This document shows, piece after piece, positions 7,000 through 15,508 of a DNA stretch of 15,508 nucleotides; the first letter of the stretch is position 1; every line of letters begins with the position of its first letter. The stretch lies in the NCBI GenBank assembly GCA_040905565.1, contig JBBDRF010000084.1, forward strand, positions 1 through 15,508, given 5' to 3'. Under the pieces are notes generated by a model. The model had not been told where the DNA came from, searched no databases, and worked only from the letters and a program-made list of their open reading frames with translations. The stretch comes from Phycisphaeraceae bacterium (GTDB lineage Bacteria; Planctomycetota; Phycisphaerae; Phycisphaerales; Zrk34). The position numbers were made by a program, and so were the translations under genes.

Positions 7000-9900
7000 A
7001 TGTCCGCCCCGCCTTTAACCCATGGCCCCGAACCCGAACCCAAGGCCGTGGCCGCCGACGCCGAGCGTCAGCGAGCCGAGCGGTTGTTGTTGGCGGGTCA
7101 GAAAGAGGCGTTGGAACTGGCCATCAGCGGCGCGTCACTGGAGGCGGTGCTGGACGTGCTCGCCCGCACGGCCCGGGACCATGCCGGCGACGGCGCCAGG
7201 GCGGCGATTTTTCTAATGGACCGCGCGGACGCAGGCCTACGCGTGGGTGCGGCGGCGGGCCTGTCCGAAGACGACTACACGCTGGCTGCGGACAAGGTTG
7301 AGGTCGAGCAGGATGCCCCCGCCTGCGGTATGGCGACCTGCACCGGGCAACAGGTCACGGTGGGCAATGCCACGCAGGACCTGCGCTGGGCGAGCCATTG
7401 GGACCTCGGGCAAGCACAGGCGATTGGCACCTGCTGGTCTCACCCGATCCGCACCGCGGAAGGAAAGCTGCTGGCCACGCTGGCGGTGTACCACCGCGAG
7501 CCCCGCCAGCCGGAGCCGGGCGAGCTTGAACCGATGGAGCGTCTCGCTCAAACCGCTGCTCTCGTGATCGGGCGGCACCAGGAGGCAGCGCAGCGGCAGC
7601 AGGCCGAACAGGCTGTGCGCGCCAGCGACGCACGCTGGCGCGGGATGATCGACGCCCTTCCCGCCGCCATTTATACCACCGACGCGGAAGGTCGGCTCAC
7701 GCACTTCAACCCCGCTGCCGTTGAACTCTCCGGCCGCACGCCGGAGCTGGGCACGGAACAGTGGTGCGTGAGCTGGAAGCTTTATTATCCCGATGGCAAG
7801 CCGATGCCCCAAGACCAATGTCCGATGGCCACCGCGCTGCGTGAAGGCCGCCCGGTGCGCGGGAAGCAGGCGATCCTGGAGCGGCCTGACGGGAAGCGCA
7901 TCTGGTTCGAGCCCTATCCTTCGCCGCTGCATGATGATGAAGGCAGGGTCGTCGGCGGCATTAACCTGCTCGTGGACATCACCGAGCAAAAACGTGCTGA
8001 GGCGGCCGTCACGCGGCTGGTCGCTGAGGCCGAGCGGCAAAAGCGCCTGTACGAGACGATCATCTCCAACACGCCCGACCTCGTCTACGTCTTCGACTTG
8101 AACTATCGCATCAGTTTTGCCAACGACGCCTTGCTGCAGATGTGGGGCAGGACGCTTGAGGACTCGATTGGAAACAGCCTGCTGGAGGTCGGCTACGAAT
8201 CCTGGCACGCGGAGATGCACGAGCGTGAGATTGATCAGGTCATCGCCACCAAGCGGCCCGTCCGCGGGATGGTGCCCTTTCAGCACGCGACGCTCGGCCG
8301 GCGGATCTACGACTACATCATGGTGCCCGTGCTCGATGACGCGGGGAAGGTTGAAGCCATCGCCGGGACGACGCGCGACGTGACTGAGCGCAACGAGGCC
8401 CAGCAAGCTTTGCAGGAGAGCACGGAACAGCTCGCTTGCGAACTTGACGCCATGAATCGGTTACACGCCTTGAGCATGCGGCTCGTGCAGGAAGATGAGC
8501 TCGAGACCGGGCTTGAGGAAGTGATGGCGTCCTCCGCTGAGTTGCTGCATGCGGGCAAGGCCACCGTGCAGATCTACGACGAGCAGCACGACGTGCTGAC
8601 GCTGGTCAGCGCGATCGGCTTTCACCAGGATTTCCTCGATGCGTTTCAAACCGTCGACGCCCACGGCTTCACCACCTGCGCCGCCGCGCTGAGGCGGCGG
8701 GAGCGGGTCATTGTCGAGGATCTTTCAACCGACCCTGACTTCGCCGAGCTTGAGCGGGCGGCCGCGCCCTATGGTGTCCGTGCCGCACTCTCCGTGCCCC
8801 TGGTGGGCGGCGACGGCCGTATTTCCGGCGTGTTCACCATCTATTGGAGTGAGCCGCACGATCCGAGTGATCGCGCGTTGCGGTTGCTGGACCTCTACAC
8901 CCAACAGGCTGCACGGCAGATCGAGCGCAAGCGGGCCGAACAGGCCATCCGCGAGAGCGAAGAGCATCTGCATGCGATCGTCCAGACCACGCCCGAGTGC
9001 GTCATGGTCGTCGCTGCCGATGGCACGCTGCTCCGAATGAACCCCGCCGGGCTGGCGATGGTGGAAGCCGACTCGGCTTCAAGCGTGATCGGCGGGAGTG
9101 TTTACAAGCTGATCGCCCCCGAGCACCGCGAATCGTTCCGCACGTTCAATGAACGCGTCCGTCGCGGCGAACGCGGAACGCTGGAGTTTGACTTCATCGG
9201 GCTGCGAAGCACGCGCCGGCAGACGGAAACCCACGCCGTCCCCCTGCGAAACACTGACGGGACCATGGTCCAGTTGGCGCTGACCCGCGACATCACCGAG
9301 CGCAAGCGGACCGAGGAGACCAAGGCCCGATTGAGTGCTATTGTCGACTCCTCCGACGACGCCATCATCAGCAAGGACCTCAACGGCGTCATCACCAGTT
9401 GGAACACGAGCGCCCACCGCCTCTTCGGCTACACCGCCGAGGAAGCGATTGGCCGCTCCATCACCATGCTCATCCCGCCGGATCGGGCCGACGAGGAGCC
9501 AAGGATTATCGAGCAGCTCAAACGCGGCGAGCGTGTGGACCACTTCGAAACGATCCGCGTGCGGAAAGATGGCACGCTGCTAAACATCTCGCTGACCATT
9601 TCGCCGGTGAAGGATTCGGCCGGCCGGATCGTGGGGGCCTCCAAGATCGCGCGCGACATCACCGAGCGCAAGCAGATTGAGCAGGCGTTGCACGCGAGCA
9701 AGCAACACCTCAAAGAAGCGAACGCTACACTCGAACAACGGGTCGCGGAGCGAACGGCGGCACTTGAGCGGCGCGCTGACGAACTCCGCCAACTCACCGT
9801 CGAACTCAACACGGCGGAGCAGCGGGAGCGCCGTGAACTCGCGCACGTGCTGCACGACAACCTTCAGCAGATCCTGGCCGTGGCGCGAATGCGGGTCGAC

Positions 9901-10496
9901 ATGGCCGTCGGCCGCGTCGAGGACGTGGATGCGCGTGATCGGCTGCGGGAGGCGACGGACTACATCAACCAGACCATCGAAGGGATGCGCACGCTGGCCA
10001 CGGAACTGAGCCCGCCGATGCTCTACTATGACGGGCTCGTGCCGACGCTCGAGTGGCTGGCCCGGCACCTGAAGGACAACTACGGCCTGCGATCGACCTG
10101 CACACCGACGATCTGGACGCGACGCTCTCCCATGACCTGCGTGCCTTCCTGTTTCAGTCCATCCGCGAACTGTCTTTCAACATCATCAAGCACGCCGAGA
10201 CGGACCACGCCCGCATCAGCCTTGCCAACAGCGAAAAGCCCGGCCACCTCGAGGTGACGGTCGAAGATAGCGGCAAGGGCTGCGACTCCGACGCGATGCT
10301 CAATAAGCAAAGCGCCGGTTTCGGGTTGAAGAGCATCCGTGAAAGGGTGCACGGCCTTGGTGGTGACTTCGCGCTGCAGGGCAGCACCGCCGAGGGCGGC
10401 TGCTGTGTTATGATGCGGATTCCGCTCACCGGCCGGAGCGATCCTCCCCCCGCAAGTGCCGGACATGCGCGTCCAATTGACTCAGCCCACCGGTAA
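7000..10496 (+). pseudogene. Frameshifted sensor histidine kinase: GAF-PAS-PAS-GAF-PAS-PAS-HisKA_3-HATPase_c (about 1165 aa if repaired)
   Basis: AAGGGAG SD before ATG 7000. H-box ERRELAHVLHDNLQQ is in the first frame; the ATPase boxes (ELSFNIIKHA, VEDSGKG, GFGLKSIRER) are in the -1 frame ending at TAA 10496. Inserting 1 nt at about 10089/10090 joins them (NYGL-x-IDLHTD). Could be a sequencing error. Confidence 0.88.
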
Positions 10497-10519
10497 ATGA
10501 TCTTTCTCGTGATCCGCTT

Positions 10520-10894
10520 ATGATTAATGTTCTTTTGGTAGACGATCACAGAATCATGCTCGAAGGGCTCGCCCTCCTCCTGCGGGCGCAGCCTGATATC
10601 GCGGTGGTCGGCGAAGCGCTTGATGGCGCGGAGGCGGTCGAGCGGGTTCGGGAGCTTCGGCCCGACGTCGTCGTGATGGACGTATTGATGCCCGACATGG
10701 ACGGCGTCGAGGCGACGCAAATCATCAAGCGCGAATGGCCGGGGGTACGGGTCATCGGCCTGTCAATGAATAAGAACGACCAGACCGCATTGAAGATGTA
10801 CAGCGCGGGGGCCGAGGCCTACCTGACCAAGGGCGGACCCGTCGCTGTCCTCGTGGCCGTGATCCGTGGTGAAGCCGAAGTGCACGGGGCGTGA
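10520..10894 (+). CDS. NarL/FixJ-type receiver domain protein without HTH, 124 aa
   Basis: INVLLVDDH, VVGEA.DG.EA, VVVMDVLMP, IGLSM, YLTK; ends just after the receiver fold; 23 nt downstream of the kinase. Confidence 0.92.
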   Translation: MINVLLVDDHRIMLEGLALLLRAQPDIAVVGEALDGAEAVERVRELRPDVVVMDVLMPDMDGVEATQIIKREWPGVRVIGLSMNKNDQTALKMYSAGAEAYLTKGGPVAVLVAVIRGEAEVHGA

Positions 10895-11343
10895 GCCCGC
10901 CCGATCGTGGCTCGCCCGCCGCGCGTCGCTGATGTGAATGCCCAGACTTCCACAAGGGTTGCGGCCCGGCTCGACCCGCAACATCTTTATCTTCATCAGA
11001 TCACCGCAGGACCACGCCCTCGTGCGCCTTGGCTCGAGCGGCGGTAACGCTTGCGTGGGAGCAGCCTGCTCGATCTGCCAGAAAGATTGGGGGCATTCCC
11101 CCGCCAATATTCGGTAATCTCCGTCGCCGCAAGGGCCGATATCACTTCCAGGCCGCCCGACAAACCTTTTGAGGCTGCAAGCAGTGGCAGGCTGTCGGCG
11201 TCATCCCATGGGGATATGCGGCCCACGGTGCGATCGGTGTGCGACATCCTCCGTAACGAGTCAACCACGATGATCCGTCTCCGCCATCAACTGGCCGATC
11301 TTCTCCCGCGCAGCCGGCACGTCATCGGCCGGAAGGTCATCGC

Positions 11344-12342
11344 ATGAGCGCACCGCGCCAAGGCATTGCCATTTTGTGTGATCAGGCGGGCGATGTGAGG
11401 CGCTGGCTGCGCGACGACCTGACGCTCAGCCACGGCGTGCCGGTCGGCCAGTCGTGGCGGCAGTTGCTCGAGCCGGGCAGCCTCGGCAAGGCCGAGGCGC
11501 TGCTGACCGCCGCCCGTGAGACGGGCGCTGCGCTGGACTGGCAGCTGTTTATCGTCATCGAGGGCATGCCGAAAGCCATGCGCTTTGCCGCCGCGTTCGC
11601 CGACGGCCAATACACGCTGCTGGGCATGGCCGAGGCTGCAACCGCGGCGTCTCGTCGGCGCATCGCGGAGACGGCGGCGCATACGGATCTGGCTCGGCTG
11701 AACAACGACCTGGTCCAGGCCCAGCGCACGCTGGCGCAGAAAAATGTCGAGCTGGAACGCACCAACGCGAATTTGCTCCAGATCCGGGCCCGCTTGGAAG
11801 ACTCGCAGGCCCAGCTGCTCGCGGCCAATCAGCGTCTGCTCGCTCAGTCAAACCGCGACGGACTCACCGGCGTCCCCAACCGTCGGGCGTTGCAGGGCCG
11901 GTTGACCGAAGAAGTCGAGCGGGCCGACCGCTACGGGCACCCCTTCTCGCTGGCGATCGTCGACGTCGACCACTTCAAGCAGTACAACGAGACGCTCGGC
12001 CACCTCGCCGGCGACGACGCCCTGCGCACCGTGGCCAGCACCCTTCAGTCCACCGCACGTGGCTGCGACTTCCTCGCCCGCTTCGGCGGCGCAGCGTTCG
12101 CCATGATCCTGCCCAACATCGTCGGCGGCCCCGCCGCGCAGGCTTGCGAGCGCCTCCGCCGCGCCATAACCGAGATCGACCAACTGCCCCAACCGATGAC
12201 CATCAGCCTCGGCCTCGCCACCTACAGCCCGCTGACGCCAACTCTCGATGCCCTGATCCATCGGGCGGACCAGGCCCTCTTCAGTGCGAAGCAGACCGGC
12301 CGAAACCGCGTCGTCACTGACTGGCAACAGACTTGTCTATAA
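11344..12342 (+). CDS. GGDEF-domain protein with degenerate active site (GGAAF), N-terminal PAS-like region and coiled coil, 332 aa
   Basis: DGLTGVPNRR, DVDHFK, GHLAGD, RGCD-FLARF-GGAAF, TISLG, RADQALFSAKQTGRN; GGAAGG SD upstream. Confidence 0.92.
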   Translation: MSAPRQGIAILCDQAGDVRRWLRDDLTLSHGVPVGQSWRQLLEPGSLGKAEALLTAARETGAALDWQLFIVIEGMPKAMRFAAAFADGQYTLLGMAEAATAASRRRIAETAAHTDLARLNNDLVQAQRTLAQKNVELERTNANLLQIRARLEDSQAQLLAANQRLLAQSNRDGLTGVPNRRALQGRLTEEVERADRYGHPFSLAIVDVDHFKQYNETLGHLAGDDALRTVASTLQSTARGCDFLARFGGAAFAMILPNIVGGPAAQACERLRRAITEIDQLPQPMTISLGLATYSPLTPTLDALIHRADQALFSAKQTGRNRVVTDWQQTCL

Positions 12343-12364
12343 GATCAGTACCAATAGGACAACG

Positions 12365-12406
12365 ATTAAATAAACGCCCGCGTCGGCCTCCCTGCCGAGC
12401 GGGCGT
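12365..12406 (-). terminator. Probable intrinsic terminator for the minus-strand ytjA/PA2169-like transcript
   Basis: Stem ACGCCCGC(g)TCGGC-ctccct-GCCGA GCGGGCGT (12374-12406), followed on the minus strand by TTATTTAAT; lies between convergent genes. Confidence 0.65.
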
Positions 12407-12439
12407 GCGTGGTCCGTCAGCCATCGTGGGCTGACAGCA

Positions 12440-12925
12440 TCAGCTCGCGCGACGTAGTGACCGAAGCTGATGCAGGGCCCGAATCTGCTCGTGGGCGCCG
12501 ACGACTTCGTCACGCTGCCGTTGCAGCAGTTGTTCAACCTCCGGCGAAAGCGGGCGCGCCAGCGCCCCCTCGTATGCCGCCAGCACCTCATCCTCCGCCC
12601 GTTCCGCCAGTCGTAACGTGAAACGTTCCTCGTCCGCCGACAATCGCTGTCGCAGCGCCTGCCACCAGCGCTGCAACGCCGGCCGACCCGCTGCCGGCGA
12701 CGCGTCCGGCGCCGTTTCCTCCCCCCGCGGGTCGACGTGCTGGCTCAACTGCGCCACGAAAGCGCCGCGCTGCCGTGCCAGGCGATAGAAGAGGGCGGTC
12801 AATTCCGCATCGGCCACCCCGTCGCCCGCCGCGCGGAAGCACCGCTGGCTTTCGCGGTTCAGCCGCACCAGCATCCGAAGGTGATCCGCCGCCGCCTGAC
12901 TCAGCGAGACAAACAAGACCATCAT
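12440..12925 (-). CDS. PA2169/DUF2383-family four-helix-bundle (ferritin-like) protein, 161 aa
   Basis: Pattern L..L.R.NRESQ..F..A....D.EL..LF...A.QR..F..QL, then AERAEDEVLAAYE.AL and LLQRQ...V..AH.QIR. GGAG SD 8 nt before ATG 12925. Confidence 0.82.
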   Translation of the reverse strand: MMVLFVSLSQAAADHLRMLVRLNRESQRCFRAAGDGVADAELTALFYRLARQRGAFVAQLSQHVDPRGEETAPDASPAAGRPALQRWWQALRQRLSADEERFTLRLAERAEDEVLAAYEGALARPLSPEVEQLLQRQRDEVVGAHEQIRALHQLRSLRRAS

Positions 12926-13019
12926 CGCCGCCGCTCCATCGCGCGTTGCCCAAGGTATACCGCATCGAGGCCGAGGCCGGCCTCTACGACAGCATGTCAC
13001 GTCCTGTTGCAGTCGCCCA

Positions 13020-13199
13020 TCACACGCCGCGCGGTCCGCCCCGCTGCACGAGGCCGACCACCAGTGAGATGATGAACAGGATCAGGAAGATTACGAACAG
13101 CACCTGAGCAATCGTCGCCGCCGCCCCGGCCAGACCGCCGAAGCCGAACAACGCCGCGATCAGTGCCACGATGAAAAAGATCAGTGCCCAGTAAAGCAT
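13020..13199 (-). CDS. ytjA: DUF1328/UPF0391 small membrane protein (YtjA-like), 59 aa
   Basis: Not in the ORF track (under 60 aa). Translation [59 protein letters not shown] matches the DUF1328 signature; GGAGAAAGGA SD region upstream. Confidence 0.93.
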   Translation of the reverse strand: MLYWALIFFIVALIAALFGFGGLAGAAATIAQVLFVIFLILFIISLVVGLVQRGGPRGV

Positions 13200-13359
13200 G
13201 GGTCCATCCTTTCTCCGGAAGTATCGCTTCCTTGCGAATCAGGCATCCGACCCACGCGCCTGCCATCCAGTTCAGCGTAGGCGCGCTGAGACCGACGCAA
13301 TCAAGAAAACCCGAATGAAAAATCTTTCATCGCCACGGCGGACAGGGCGGCGTCCGTGT

Positions 13360-14292
13360 TCAGGGTTGATAGCGGTGTTCGCCGACCAGGACGTGGTCGC
13401 CCCTGCCGGTGAACCGATCCGTGGTGTGTTCCACCAGCCAGCCCTTGATGAGCTGCCGACGTTCTTTCCACGTCAATCGCGCGCGCCACTTCGGCGACGC
13501 CGGGTCCAGCCGAATGGGATGCTCCGCCATCCGCCGGGCCATGACCTGCGGATGCGCGCCTTCATAGCGGGCCAGGAACGCCTTGGGGAACCGCTGGTAG
13601 TAATAGTCCTCCAGCACGTCGGACACTTCATCTTCACCCTTGGCCCAGAAGCGATGGCGGTTGTCGCGCTTGGCCGCGAGGGCCTTAAGCGTCTTGACCT
13701 CGCAGTAGTGAAACTGCCGGGCGGCGGTCTGCACCGCGCGGATCTTGCGGCCGCGCTCCTTGAATTTCGGATGCACCGTGAAATTTGCCGCATCGCCGCG
13801 CGACAATACGAAGTGGTGCGGCTTTACGATCCAGCACTTGCGCCGCATCGTCCAGGGCCAGACATTGAGCATCGTCCAATAGTCGCCGAGGAACTGCCGC
13901 TGCCACAGCATCAGCGCATCCACGTCAGCCCGGTCGGCGTACTGCCGCATGGCGTCGCGCAGGATGTCATAGTCTTCATCATGGACGACTTCGTCGCACT
14001 GGACATAGATCGCCCACTTGCCCTGGCAGTTGAACAGCGCCACGTTCGTCTGTTGCGCATAGACGTAGCCGCCGGTCGCAAGGTGCGGGTTCCACCGGCT
14101 TTCGATGATACGGATCCTGGGGTCGTCGATACTGCGGACCAGTTCCAGCGTGCCGTCGTCCGGCTCGCCTTCCAGCAGGCCGACGTTCACCACGAACTCG
14201 TCCACCAACGGCAGCACCGACCGAATCGCCTCCACGGCCGGGTAGTCGTACTTGACCGCATTGCGAATGAAGGTGAATCCCGAGACTTCCAT
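13360..14292 (-). CDS. Glycosyltransferase family 2 (GT-A) protein, 310 aa
   Basis: MEVSGFTFIRNAVKYDYPAVEAIRSVLPLVDEFVVNVG...DDGT N-terminus and W.IYVQCDEVVH motif. ATG 14292 preferred because the extension to 14370 runs through a palindrome. Confidence 0.88.
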   Translation of the reverse strand: MEVSGFTFIRNAVKYDYPAVEAIRSVLPLVDEFVVNVGLLEGEPDDGTLELVRSIDDPRIRIIESRWNPHLATGGYVYAQQTNVALFNCQGKWAIYVQCDEVVHDEDYDILRDAMRQYADRADVDALMLWQRQFLGDYWTMLNVWPWTMRRKCWIVKPHHFVLSRGDAANFTVHPKFKERGRKIRAVQTAARQFHYCEVKTLKALAAKRDNRHRFWAKGEDEVSDVLEDYYYQRFPKAFLARYEGAHPQVMARRMAEHPIRLDPASPKWRARLTWKERRQLIKGWLVEHTTDRFTGRGDHVLVGEHRYQP

Positions 14293-14335
14293 GCAGCGAT
14301 GATACGGATCGCTTCGACGAGCCGCAAAACGCGCC

Positions 14336-14364
14336 GAAGCCCACGGCGTGACGCCGTGGGCTTC
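14336..14364. repeat. Perfect palindrome, REP-like or IS200/IS605-type hairpin
   Basis: GAAGCCCACGGCGT-G-ACGCCGTGGGCTTC: 14-bp arms, intergenic between co-oriented genes, no U-tract. Confidence 0.7.
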
Positions 14365-14383
14365 CGTCACATGTCACCGGTCA

Positions 14384-15508
14384 TCACCCACCCTGGTAGA
14401 CCACGTCGTAGACGAAGTTGCCGTCGCTGTCTTCCTCCCACACCAGCACGGGCCGCCAACGGGCGTGCGGGGCGACGAGGCGAGGCGGCTGGCCCGCCTC
14501 GGCTGGCTCGATCATCTCGAAGTCTTCCCATTGACCCGGCGCACGCTCGTACTGGAACACCTGATCGCTGGTGGCATCCATTTCAAACTGCACGCCGTGC
14601 GACTGAAAGTGCATCCGAAATCCGTGTGACTGCAGTTCCTTGCGCAAGTGATGGAGGGTTGGCGGCGCCTTGCCCGTGCGCTGCATCAGCGTGACGATAC
14701 CTTCGCCGAGGAACTCCATGTGCGACTGCGTCGTGGTGATCGGGTCCGGCTCAAGTTCCCAGGCGAAGCGCATCCAGGGGACCTCGGCCACGCTGAAGTC
14801 GTCCGTGTCGAACGCGGCCTTCATCGCCTGTCGGCTGTGCGACCCGCGACTGATCTGTGAAAGATACGTCTCGAACGCGGCACGGTATCGGCCGTCCGCA
14901 TGCACGAGGAAGTAGACCAGGCTCCACGATTGGGCGTACAGGTCGGACGCCGCGCGGGCGTCGGTCCGCAGCGTCTCATGCCACTGCTGATCGGTGATGT
15001 TCAGCAACGCGTCCAACGGCATCGCGCGGTTGTCGTCGATCATCGACCGCACCTGCTCGATCCGCCGCCGGTCCGCCATGCCCGTGCGGATGCGGCCGTT
15101 GACGATGACGATGTTCTCGAAATATTGGGCCAGGCCTTCGTTGATCGACGTCGGCAGCGTCTGACCGAGATAGTTGTGGGCGAACTGGTGAAATGCTTCG
15201 TGGCGCAGGGTCGCCAGCGCCTGGGCACGATCGGGACGATCGACAAATGTCGCCAGGCCGCCGCGCGTGCCGAGATAGAAGAACATGCCGCCGGAGTTGG
15301 TGGCGTCGACGCCCATACTGCCCATGAACTGGAGGTAGTCGCGTTGCGAGGCGAACAGGTAAAGCGGCTGGTCGACCCGCCGACGGTCGCGCAGGTGGGC
15401 GAAGCGCCGCTCGAACTCGCTGTAGATCAGGTCCACATGCCGGGCGTAGTCGATGACCTCCTCGCGCGGCAGATCGGTGTGGATTTCGTAGAACCGGCTG
15501 TCCCAGGT
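14384..15508 (-). CDS. DUF1570-like zinc metallopeptidase (gluzincin-type); 5' end lies outside the window
   Basis: LRHEAFHQF (HEXXH), downstream NEGLAQYF and YAQSWSLVYFL. The frame stays open to the window edge (TWDSRFYEIHTDLPREEVIDYARHVDLIY), so 15436 is not the true start. Confidence 0.85.
   Translation of the reverse strand, partial: TWDSRFYEIHTDLPREEVIDYARHVDLIYSEFERRFAHLRDRRRVDQPLYLFASQRDYLQFMGSMGVDATNSGGMFFYLGTRGGLATFVDRPDRAQALATLRHEAFHQFAHNYLGQTLPTSINEGLAQYFENIVIVNGRIRTGMADRRRIEQVRSMIDDNRAMPLDALLNITDQQWHETLRTDARAASDLYAQSWSLVYFLVHADGRYRAAFETYLSQISRGSHSRQAMKAAFDTDDFSVAEVPWMRFAWELEPDPITTTQSHMEFLGEGIVTLMQRTGKAPPTLHHLRKELQSHGFRMHFQSHGVQFEMDATSDQVFQYERAPGQWEDFEMIEPAEAGQPPRLVAPHARWRPVLVWEEDSDGNFVYDVVYQGG

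Noticed and set aside
9280..9680. Repeated CGCGACATCACCGAGCGCAAGC segments in the large kinase
   Set aside because: These are the ordinary RDITERK ends of PAS domains, not a separate repeat element.
10070..10100. Programmed -1 ribosomal frameshift in the kinase
   Set aside because: No slippery heptamer or homopolymer at the junction; a deletion or sequencing error is simpler.
13198..14694. 498-aa plus-strand ORF, and other long antisense ORFs such as 7237-8406, 3579-4292 and 4965-5645
   Set aside because: Shadow frames opposite well-supported genes, expected in high-GC DNA; no domain motifs.

Overview
High-GC bacterial DNA, probably from Planctomycetota (inferred from the DUF1570-type gene and the GC-rich signalling genes). 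Left end: a HEPN-like orphan ORF, then a displaced 3' half of tRNA-Gly(GCC) at 1024-1067 with a terminator. The fragment is flanked on both sides by a 27-bp imperfect direct repeat and TACGCTCT motifs, which looks like an att junction of one, possibly two tandem, tRNA-Gly-integrated elements. Middle: a dense cytoplasmic signalling cluster. It has a minus-strand operon (REC-PP2C phosphatase, PAS-PAS hybrid kinase, single-domain receiver), in which the two PAS domains are encoded by apparently identical 339-bp repeats. It also has a DUF305 protein, a GAF/PAS HisKA_3 kinase broken by a 1-nt frameshift, a NarL-type receiver with no HTH, and a GGDEF protein with a degenerate active site (GGAAF) but intact RxxD I-site. 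Right end, all minus strand: PA2169/DUF2383 four-helix bundle protein, YtjA/DUF1328 small membrane protein (missed by the ORF track), a GT2 glycosyltransferase, a REP-like palindrome, and a 5'-truncated DUF1570-like HEXXH metallopeptidase. All family assignments come from motif recognition by eye; no searches were run.
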